DNA of 64,000 nucleotides from Candidatus Kaiserbacteria bacterium (GTDB lineage Bacteria > Patescibacteriota > Minisyncoccia > Phycocordibacterales > UBA2100): NCBI GenBank assembly GCA_016214605.1, contig JACROD010000017.1:1183-65182 (forward strand). The letters are read 5' to 3'. Positions within the stretch are counted from its first letter, which is position 1. The number at the start of each line of letters is the position of its first letter. Below are positions 51,127 to 58,845 of the stretch, in pieces. The position numbers were made by a program, and so were the translations under genes. The notes under the pieces were generated by a model. The model did not search any database, was not told where the DNA came from, and saw only the letters and a list, made by a program, of their open reading frames with translations.

Positions 51127-52158
51127 ACCTATGAGGATATCATTTCTGTAGAAAATTTGCTCGCGGCATGGCGGGAATTTTTGAGAGGCAAACGCAAGAA
51201 GGATGACGTGCGCAAGTTTCAATACCATCTCTCCGACAACATCCTCGCGCTCCATCGCGACCTTAAGGACAAAACATACCGCCATGGCGCATACGAAGCC
51301 TTCAAGATCAATGACCCCAAGCCGCGCGATATCCACAAGGCGACGGTGCGCGACCGCCTGCTCCATCACGCGATCTACCGACACCTCTATCCATTTTTCG
51401 ACCACACCTTCATCGCGGATTCGTATTCATGCAGAAGAGGGAAGGGTACACACAAGGCGATGGATCGTTTCAGGTCATTCGCATACCAAGTATCCAAGAA
51501 TCACACGCGCACGGTATGGGTCTTGAAATGCGATATCAAGAAGTTTTTCGCATCCATCGACCAAGCCACACTGTTTGCTATCGTCGCGCGATACATCCCC
51601 GACAAGGACATCAGCCGACTCATTGGCGAGATCATCGGGAGTTTCCAGACCCACACAACTATGCCTATAGGACGATCTGTGTGTATGGAAAAGAGAAAAG
51701 GATTACCGCTCGGTAATCTCACTTCGCAACTGCTCGTGAACATCTATATGAATGAGTTCGACCAGTTCGTGAAGCACAAACTCAAAGCAAGACACTATGT
51801 GCGTTATGCCGACGATTTCGTGGTCATGAGTACGGATCGAGTATGGCTTGAAGGACTGATCCCGCTTATCGCGCGATTCCTCGACGAGCGCCTTGCGCTT
51901 TCGCTCCATCCAAACAAGGTCTCAATCGCAACACTTGCATCCGGTGTCGATTTCTTGGGATGGGTGCATTTCTCCGATCATCGGGTACTACGAACGACGA
52001 CAAAGCGTCGAATGTTGCGGCGCACCGCAGACCTTGAAAAAGACGACCCCACCGTACGGTCTTATCTTGGGATGCTGAGCCATGGTAATGGGGAGAAATT
52101 ACGGGACATGGTAACGAAAACAGTTTTTGCTTTACGCGAACCGAGCAAGCTAAAGTGA
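51103..52158 (+). CDS. DGR reverse transcriptase
   Basis: ENLLAAW, KPRDI, RDRLLHHA, CDIKKFF, GLPLGNLTSQ, YVRYADDF, DFLG; 351 aa, no endonuclease domain. Confidence 0.96.
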   Translation: MSGIRFIHTYEDIISVENLLAAWREFLRGKRKKDDVRKFQYHLSDNILALHRDLKDKTYRHGAYEAFKINDPKPRDIHKATVRDRLLHHAIYRHLYPFFDHTFIADSYSCRRGKGTHKAMDRFRSFAYQVSKNHTRTVWVLKCDIKKFFASIDQATLFAIVARYIPDKDISRLIGEIIGSFQTHTTMPIGRSVCMEKRKGLPLGNLTSQLLVNIYMNEFDQFVKHKLKARHYVRYADDFVVMSTDRVWLEGLIPLIARFLDERLALSLHPNKVSIATLASGVDFLGWVHFSDHRVLRTTTKRRMLRRTADLEKDDPTVRSYLGMLSHGNGEKLRDMVTKTVFALREPSKLK

Positions 52159-52266
52159 TAGAAAGCCACCTCTCACGAGAGGGTTGTGTATAGGAAATGT
52201 GGAACAATATGCAACCCATAAACAGATCAAGGACAAGAATGAAAAGGTAGGGTATAATCGTGCGAT

Positions 52267-52383
52267 ATGGCAAAAAGACCGAATCAGGATATTAAAAACA
52301 AGACCTCACGTTCACACAAGACGAAAAAGCGTCTTGCGGCGAAGGTTGCAATGAAAGCTGCACGTAAACCGAAACAAAAATAA
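52267..52383 (+). CDS. 38-aa Lys/Arg-rich small protein
   Basis: MAKRPNQDIKNKTSRSHKTKKRLAAKVAMKAARKPKQK; TATAAT upstream, palindrome downstream. Confidence 0.55.
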   Translation: MAKRPNQDIKNKTSRSHKTKKRLAAKVAMKAARKPKQK

Positions 52384-52489
52384 GATTTGGGTGTTTTTAT
52401 AAAGCAGGCCGACGCGCCTCAGGCGCGTCGGCCTGCTTTTTTGGCCTGCTTTTTGGATCGCAAAGACCTTTCCGTGTTACAATATCTAA

Positions 52490-53464
52490 ATGAAAATATA
52501 CATAACCCGCATTATTCCCAATAAAGGTATCGCGCTGCTCAAAGAGCGCGGCTTCGAAGTAGTCATGAATCCCGAGGACCGCGTCCTTTCTCGAGAGGAG
52601 CTCATTGTCGCGCTCAAAGCCGACCGCTACAATGCGGTGCTCTGCCTCCTCACCGACAAGATCGACGCCGAGATCATGGATGCGGCGGGCCCGCAGTGCA
52701 AGATATTTGCCAACTATGCGGTCGGTTTCGACAATATAGATCTCGCGGCGGCGAAAGCGCACAATGTATTGGTAAGCAACACGCCGGGCGTGCTCTCCAA
52801 TGCCGTCGCCGAACACACCTTTGCGCTCATGTTTGCGGTCGCACGCCGTGTGGCCGAATCCGATCGATTCATCCGCAAGGGTTCATTTGAGGGTTGGGCG
52901 CCGATGATGTTGCTCGGCAACGAGATTATGGGCAAGACGCTTGGTATCATAGGACTCGGTGCGATCGGATCGCGCGTGGGACATAGTGCCGCCAAGGGAT
53001 TTGATATGAAAGTGATCTATCACGATATGAAGCGCTCCGAGATGTTTGAGCAGGATTGCGGCGGATCATTCCGCGAGAATGTCGATGATATTTTCAAAGA
53101 AGCTGATTTTGTCTCGATGCATGTGCCGCTCTTGCCGACGACCCAGCACATGGTCAACGACGCGCGCTTGCGCATGATGAAAAAGACCGCCTACCTCATC
53201 AATACCGCCCGCGGTCCGGTGGTAGACGAAGCCGCACTCGTGAAGGTCTTGCAGGAAGGCACAATCGCCGGTGCCGGTCTCGATGTCTTTGAGCACGAGC
53301 CGCAATTCGCCCCGGGACTCACCGATCTCGCCAATGTCGTACTCACGCCGCATACCGCATCTGCGACCATAGAGACACGCGACGCCATGAGCGAACTTGC
53401 CGCAAAAAATATCGTCGAGGCGCTTGAGGGGCGCACTCCGCCGACCTTGGTCGTGATGAAATAA
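52490..53464 (+). CDS. D-glycerate/2-hydroxyacid dehydrogenase
   Basis: AVGFDNID, GIIGLGAIG, NTARG, GLDVFEHEP, TPHTAS. Confidence 0.93.
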   Translation: MKIYITRIIPNKGIALLKERGFEVVMNPEDRVLSREELIVALKADRYNAVLCLLTDKIDAEIMDAAGPQCKIFANYAVGFDNIDLAAAKAHNVLVSNTPGVLSNAVAEHTFALMFAVARRVAESDRFIRKGSFEGWAPMMLLGNEIMGKTLGIIGLGAIGSRVGHSAAKGFDMKVIYHDMKRSEMFEQDCGGSFRENVDDIFKEADFVSMHVPLLPTTQHMVNDARLRMMKKTAYLINTARGPVVDEAALVKVLQEGTIAGAGLDVFEHEPQFAPGLTDLANVVLTPHTASATIETRDAMSELAAKNIVEALEGRTPPTLVVMK

Positions 53465-53512
53465 TCGGAAAGAAATAGAAAAACCACCGCGAACGTTCAG
53501 ACGTTCGCGGTG

Positions 53513-53947
53513 TCATGAGGCCTTCAGTGTGAAGTAATAGTCGGGATCGAGATATTTGGTGTTGATCTCGTGCACGATCTGCGGGGGATCAAGCTTGCCA
53601 AAGAGATACTGCCAAGATTCTTCCTGGAGTTTTGTCGGTACTTTGCTTATCTTCTCGCCGCGTACCTGCTCTGAAAGATCCGGGTATTGGGGCGTCTCGA
53701 TCTGTCGACATGCGACCCTGATCCCATGGAAAGGGTGCCATACGTTGATCTGTCGCGCAATATTGGTGGCGTAGAGATGACCAAAGATGTGATGCCATGC
53801 ATAATGCGCGCGCATCGTCAGTGTTATCATGTTCGGTTCTTTGGTCGGACCCTTATGCCTGCGTGGTCGGCGATGATGGCGGCTCTTTATCGTATCGGAG
53901 ATGGCATCAAGTCGTTTTTCTTGCGGGATGGGCGGCGGATCGCGCAT
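53513..53947 (-). CDS. Small HNH-like ORFan
   Basis: SRHHRRPRRHKG...NM...H.AWH..F; SD GGAGGTGA. Confidence 0.55.
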   Translation of the reverse strand: MRDPPPIPQEKRLDAISDTIKSRHHRRPRRHKGPTKEPNMITLTMRAHYAWHHIFGHLYATNIARQINVWHPFHGIRVACRQIETPQYPDLSEQVRGEKISKVPTKLQEESWQYLFGKLDPPQIVHEINTKYLDPDYYFTLKAS

Positions 53948-54097
53948 GTGTCACCTCCATGTGCTCGTACCTTCTATGGTGCTCTCTGTAGTATATCGCA
54001 TGCACAGGAGAGTGCCGATCCGTGTTTTGTTGACCGATCGTGGTGCGGGTGGTACTGTCGCGACAGAAGAAATTCTTGAAATGGAGAGGTGGTTGTG

Positions 54098-54616
54098 ATG
54101 AAAAAGATCATCCGTTCTGGACTTAAGTCTACCATTGTATATCTCGGAATATTTGGATCATCTTTGGTTCAGCCTGCGATCTCTGCCGAAGGTAAATACG
54201 ATCCGCTCCCACCCCCTAAAGAAGGCACTCTCTCCTGGGATCTCGAGCAGGGGATGCCTTATTGGGTGTTGCCCGGAACGGAATACACCAGTAGGATCAG
54301 GGCTTGTAAGGATCGACGGGAAATTGAAGAAATTCAAAAAGTGCTGGTCGCCCACAAGGGGGACCTAAAGAGGGGGGTGGAATTAGGCGCTCAGTTGTCC
54401 GACCGTCTTGTATCGGAGCACAAGTGTGTGGTGTTTCCGCTCCCGATCGATTATACAATCGTCGAGATCACGTCCACAAACCGAGTGGTCAATATCAGTC
54501 CTGATCCGGCTCTTACTCAGAAGCGTATGTTGGGGATGGTCGAGATCAAGATCAATGGTTCTCAGAATCTCTTTATGAGCGTCATGTTGCCGTATGATGT
54601 CGAGTTTTCTATATAG
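54098..54616 (+). CDS. Secreted hypothetical ORFan
   Basis: Signal-peptide-like N-terminus; SD GGAGAGG; TTGACC-N17-TACTGT. Confidence 0.6.
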   Translation: MKKIIRSGLKSTIVYLGIFGSSLVQPAISAEGKYDPLPPPKEGTLSWDLEQGMPYWVLPGTEYTSRIRACKDRREIEEIQKVLVAHKGDLKRGVELGAQLSDRLVSEHKCVVFPLPIDYTIVEITSTNRVVNISPDPALTQKRMLGMVEIKINGSQNLFMSVMLPYDVEFSI

Positions 54617-54701
54617 ACCGGCACCGGCAAACCATAGGGCGCCTTGCACGCAGTGCAAGGCGCCCTATTCTTTTGCTTTTTGGTGCTATACTTATGTGCA
54701 T

Positions 54702-54947
54702 ATGTACTACAATCACATGATGGATGGTTTTGGTATGGGTTTCCCGGGTTCTTTTGTGCCGCTCGTGTTGGCATTATTTATTTGGAGCGTCTTCTGGAAG
54801 GGGCTTGCGCTCTGGCACAGTGCGCGCCGCGGCGAGCAATGGTGGTTCATTGCTTTTCTCTTTATCAACACGATCGGGATTCTTGAGATCATCTATCTCT
54901 TCATCTACGCCAAGTACAAGCTCGACAATCTTTTTACCAAAAAATAA
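54702..54947 (+). CDS. Small membrane protein (DUF5652-like)
   Basis: WSVFWKGLALWHSARR.E.WWF...NTIGILEIIYL. Confidence 0.75.
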   Translation: MYYNHMMDGFGMGFPGSFVPLVLALFIWSVFWKGLALWHSARRGEQWWFIAFLFINTIGILEIIYLFIYAKYKLDNLFTKK

Positions 54948-55010
54948 CACCTTTACAGACACAAAAAGCGCCGCTTACGCGGCGCTTTTTGTTGAAATCG
55001 ACTTGTCGAT

Positions 55011-55214
55011 TTACGCGACCTTGCTCACCTTGACTGCGTTGGGGCCCTTAGGGCTCTCACCGACTTCAAAGCTCACGTTGTCACCTTCACGAAGCTCATC
55101 GAAACGAGCGTTCACGAGTTCGTTCGAGTGGAAGAAAAGATCCTTTTCTTGCCCCTCGATCTTGATGAACCCGAAACCCTTATCGGTGAGTCGTGCAATT
55201 ATGCCTGTTTGCAT
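55011..55214 (-). CDS. cspA: Cold-shock domain protein
   Basis: KGFGFI, DLFFH, KGPNA. Confidence 0.95.
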   Translation of the reverse strand: MQTGIIARLTDKGFGFIKIEGQEKDLFFHSNELVNARFDELREGDNVSFEVGESPKGPNAVKVSKVA

Positions 55215-55417
55215 GATGATATTGCGAAGAGTGGATAAAATATCAAGTCAGTGCGCCGAAGATGGAGATTCGAGCCTAGGTCTCTAAGAGTCAGCTCTGC
55301 GATTGATCCAATAAAGATAGCATGCCTCATATATTTTGTCAAGCATTTTACGCTGGTTATCCCCATATCCAGCCGAGTACGGTATACTGATGCTTCATGA
55401 CCAAAAACAGCTCCGGT

Positions 55418-56410
55418 ATGCGGGTTTTCTTGTATCCGACGATCGCGGGAGTCGTTGGGCTCGTCGCGGTACTCTTATCGAGCGGCTTGTCGGCCTTCTT
55501 TACCGCATTGCTTCTCGTACTGCTTGAAGTGACTTTGAGCTTCGACAATGCGATCGTCAACGCCAAGGTCTTGAAGGGGATGTCGGCCGTATGGCAGCAG
55601 CGTTTCCTCACGTGGGGCATCGCCTTGGCGGTCGTCGGCACGCGCGTGGTCTTGCCGATATTGATCGTGAGCGCCGTGGCGATGCTCTCGCCGGTGGCAG
55701 TCGCATACATCGCTTTCGCAGATAGTGCCGCTTATGCGCAGCTGCTTCAGCATTCGCATCATGCGATCGCAGCTTTCGGCGCAGCTTTCTTGCTGATGGT
55801 ATCGCTCAAGTTCTTCTTTGATGTCGAAAAAGAATTGCACTGGATCGATGTGATAGAAAAGCAGCTTTCCAAATGGGGCAACATCGAAGCTGTCGAAGCG
55901 GCGCTCGTGCTAACCTTCCTACTCATAGTTTCCGCAGCCGTGCCGCATGAGAGCACTACTATTCTCGCAGCAGGCGCGATCGGTATCGTCGTCTTCATAC
56001 TTATGGAGGGGATCACCTCGACTATGAGCGCGGGAGCTTCTCGTATGGCCCACGGCGGCTTTGCGGCTTTTATGTATCTCAACACGCTCGACACTGCTTT
56101 CTCACTCGACGGCGTGGTGGGGGCATTTGCCATCACGACTGATCTCCTCACGATCGCAGTGGGCTTAGGTATCGGCGCATACTTCGTGCGTTCGATGACC
56201 GTCTATTTGGTGCGCGAGGGGACGATGGCGACCTTGCCGTACTTGGAGCATGGCGCGCACTGGGCGATCTTTGGTCTCGGCTGTGCCATGGCACTCTCGC
56301 TCATCACACCGATCCCCGAAGCCGTGACCGCCGGAATCGGCATCATCTTCATCGGCGCTTCGTACATCTCTTCAATACAAGAGCGCACACTTGTTCAAGG
56401 ACATTCATAG
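55418..56410 (+). CDS. DUF475/TerC-like membrane protein
   Basis: LEVTLSFDNAIVNA, FSLDGVVGAFAIT, YLEHGAHWAI. Confidence 0.88.
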   Translation: MRVFLYPTIAGVVGLVAVLLSSGLSAFFTALLLVLLEVTLSFDNAIVNAKVLKGMSAVWQQRFLTWGIALAVVGTRVVLPILIVSAVAMLSPVAVAYIAFADSAAYAQLLQHSHHAIAAFGAAFLLMVSLKFFFDVEKELHWIDVIEKQLSKWGNIEAVEAALVLTFLLIVSAAVPHESTTILAAGAIGIVVFILMEGITSTMSAGASRMAHGGFAAFMYLNTLDTAFSLDGVVGAFAITTDLLTIAVGLGIGAYFVRSMTVYLVREGTMATLPYLEHGAHWAIFGLGCAMALSLITPIPEAVTAGIGIIFIGASYISSIQERTLVQGHS

Positions 56411-56444
56411 AGTCGGTTTTTTTCGTGGGGTATACTGATGGTAT

Positions 56445-57485
56445 ATGGACCCCAAGACTTCGCAGTTCTATTTTCTCCTTGCGCTTTTAGGGGCATCTTT
56501 TCTGTTCGCAGTCTTGATCTTTTGGCCTTTCCTCGCGGCGCTCGCACTCTCTCTCGTATTTGCCGTGGTTCTTCGGCCTCTCCACAAAGACATCTCGTCG
56601 CACATGCCAAAGCTTCCCGGCATCGCCACCCTCTTCACACTTTGTGTTGGTATCGTTGGTATTCTTCTACCGCTCGTGATCTTGGGTGTACTCTTGGTGA
56701 GTCAGGCCGAATCTTTGTATTTCACCCTCACGCAAGGGAGCGTGAAAGCATACCTCCAGATACCGTTCTACAACATCGATCATATGATCAATACCTACCT
56801 CCCCGGGACGCATTTTTCGGATGCATTCTCTCCTGATATCGATACATACCTAAAGCGCGGACTTGAGTGGATCATACAGAATATCGGCGTCGCATTCTCG
56901 ACTGCCGCATCGCTTTTCATCGGATTTTTCGTCTTTTTCTTCGGACTCTATTATCTTTTGCGCGATGGTGCGGTCCTCAGACATACGGTTATCCGCTTGA
57001 GCCCGCTTGATGATAAGCAAGATGAAGCGATTCTTGATCGTTTGGAGTTGGCGATCAATTCGGTCATCAAAGGCAGTCTGTCCGTCGCGCTCATTCAGGG
57101 GATACTGACCGCGATTGGCTTCACGGTGTTTGGTGTGCCAAACGGCATCCTATGGGGTACGATCGCGGCGATGGGCGCGCTCATTCCCGGTGTGGGGACG
57201 ACGATCGTGTTTGTCCCTGCCGTCATCATCCTCTACTTTACCGGCAACATGTTCGCCGCGATCGGACTCTCTGTGTGGGGTACGTTTGCGGTGGGGCTTA
57301 TTGATAACTTCCTCGGTCCGCGTCTTATCAGTAATAGAATGCACATGCATCCGCTCTTTATATTGCTCGCGGTCCTTGGCGGCGTGTCATTCTTTGGTCC
57401 CGTCGGTATATTTTTGGGGCCGCTCGTAGTTTCGTTCTTTTTGACCATGCTTTTTATCTATTCGGATCTCGCGAAGAAGAAATAG
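56445..57485 (+). CDS. AI-2E family transporter
   Basis: Multi-TM; IDNFLGP, LGG...FG..GIFLGP. Confidence 0.88.
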   Translation: MDPKTSQFYFLLALLGASFLFAVLIFWPFLAALALSLVFAVVLRPLHKDISSHMPKLPGIATLFTLCVGIVGILLPLVILGVLLVSQAESLYFTLTQGSVKAYLQIPFYNIDHMINTYLPGTHFSDAFSPDIDTYLKRGLEWIIQNIGVAFSTAASLFIGFFVFFFGLYYLLRDGAVLRHTVIRLSPLDDKQDEAILDRLELAINSVIKGSLSVALIQGILTAIGFTVFGVPNGILWGTIAAMGALIPGVGTTIVFVPAVIILYFTGNMFAAIGLSVWGTFAVGLIDNFLGPRLISNRMHMHPLFILLAVLGGVSFFGPVGIFLGPLVVSFFLTMLFIYSDLAKKK

Positions 57486-57615
57486 GGCGCTTGGCCCCTC
57501 GGAAGGGTCCCCGCCGAAGCTATTGACAAACACAAAAAAACGTTTACACTGTCGTGCAGTGTCTCAAAAGTCTGAATCGGCCACGTGGTCGATGCAAAGA
57601 AAGCAGGAGGAAGTG

Positions 57616-57738
57616 ATGAGTAATAAGAAGATGCCTTATGTATTTTGGGCACTGTTCGTATTCGCTGCCGTGGTCGCCTATGCGACAGGATCACAGCGTC
57701 ATACGCCTCATGCGCCAATGGTGCTCATCGACCAGTAA
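57616..57738 (+). CDS. 40-aa single-TM ORFan
   Basis: SD AGGAGG; TTGACA-N16-TACACT upstream. Confidence 0.5.
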   Translation: MSNKKMPYVFWALFVFAAVVAYATGSQRHTPHAPMVLIDQ

Positions 57739-57862
57739 AAGGTCGGGCAGAAGCCAAGAGAAGCGTCCTTGCGGACGCTTCTACCTTTTGCACCGGGAGG
57801 GATCATCAGTATACTGTCATGCGGAATAGTTCTTCACATGTCACATCGAAAAAGGAGGGCGC

Positions 57863-58762
57863 ATGCGCTCTGTAGTAGCTATCTCGCGAAGAAAACTGTG
57901 TGCGGGTGCGGTGGCCTCGCTCGCAAGTACTTTTTCGCCTTCGTCTGTCATAGCGAGGGAAGGCCGGTCATCGCAGGAGAAATTCTCGGTCACCGAGAGT
58001 AACATCCGGCGCCTGATCACGGATCATATTCGCCTCGCATCCCCTCATGAGGTGCACAAGCGCACGTGTTCGGATGATCGGGTCGAAGAAGATGACGGAG
58101 CGACGGCCGTGTTTGGTGCCGATGGCGGTGCGCTGGCGGATATGCTCGTACTGATCCGTGAACTCAATGATCAGGGTATTCGTATCGCACAAAAAGACGC
58201 GATCGATGCTTTCTTCGAAACAGTCGGCGGATCTCCGCGGTTCTGTTATCACACGGATGAGGAGACCGACGGAAAAGACGGGCGCGGGTGCGCGCATTGT
58301 CGCCTCGTTCAGGAGCAATCCAAACGATACGGACTTACGCCGGAACTGGCAGACCTGTTTCGTCAGACACTTCTTAATGTCGAGGCGAGACCCGATGTGC
58401 TCAAGGGTAAGCACGAACCGGTAATGCTCTTGAGCCTGTATCAGACGAGTGCGATCAAGTTGGATGGTTCGGGTGCCTTAATACTCGATCATCGTATGCA
58501 TGTGGATGGTCAGCAGGTCCAGGCGTTTGTGTATCGTCCCGATCTCATGTGGCGGCAGATCAATTCGCTTGCAGGCACGTTGATGCGATATTCTTCGACG
58601 CTCCGATCTTTGGGGATGACCGAGGATATGATCGCAGGAAGGCTGTGGAATATTCAACGGCATAGCTTCGCGGTCACTGCCGGAGAAATAGCCTCCAAGA
58701 TCCCGCATGTGATCGCGCGTGTGGATAGTGATCTGGTGTGCAGAATGGTGCGGATCACATAA
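57863..58762 (+). CDS. Possible beta/zeta carbonic anhydrase-like metalloprotein
   Basis: CSDDR...G.DGG...HTD...GCAH Cys/His pattern; RR-containing N-terminus; SD AAGGAGG. Confidence 0.5.
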   Translation: MRSVVAISRRKLCAGAVASLASTFSPSSVIAREGRSSQEKFSVTESNIRRLITDHIRLASPHEVHKRTCSDDRVEEDDGATAVFGADGGALADMLVLIRELNDQGIRIAQKDAIDAFFETVGGSPRFCYHTDEETDGKDGRGCAHCRLVQEQSKRYGLTPELADLFRQTLLNVEARPDVLKGKHEPVMLLSLYQTSAIKLDGSGALILDHRMHVDGQQVQAFVYRPDLMWRQINSLAGTLMRYSSTLRSLGMTEDMIAGRLWNIQRHSFAVTAGEIASKIPHVIARVDSDLVCRMVRIT

Positions 58763-58845
58763 TCCGCAATAGGTCGACGCCTGAGTGCGCCGACCTATTT
58801 CTATACGTGGATAAATAAGTCGAATGCTTTATACTGAATGTCACT

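Larger units (their letters stand above)
49612..52158. mobile_element. Diversity-generating retroelement (target-VR, TR, avd, RT)
   Basis: All core components present; adenine-specific TR/VR mismatches. Confidence 0.96.

Noticed and set aside
51642-51691. Hairpin-derived insertion in RT (THTTMPIGRSVCM)
   Set aside because: Pairing is imperfect and this loop before GLPLGN is naturally variable; not supportable without an alignment.
51103-52158. RT as a group II intron or retron RT
   Set aside because: No maturase/endonuclease extension or VTG motif; the GNLTSQ signature, Avd and TR/VR pair identify a DGR.
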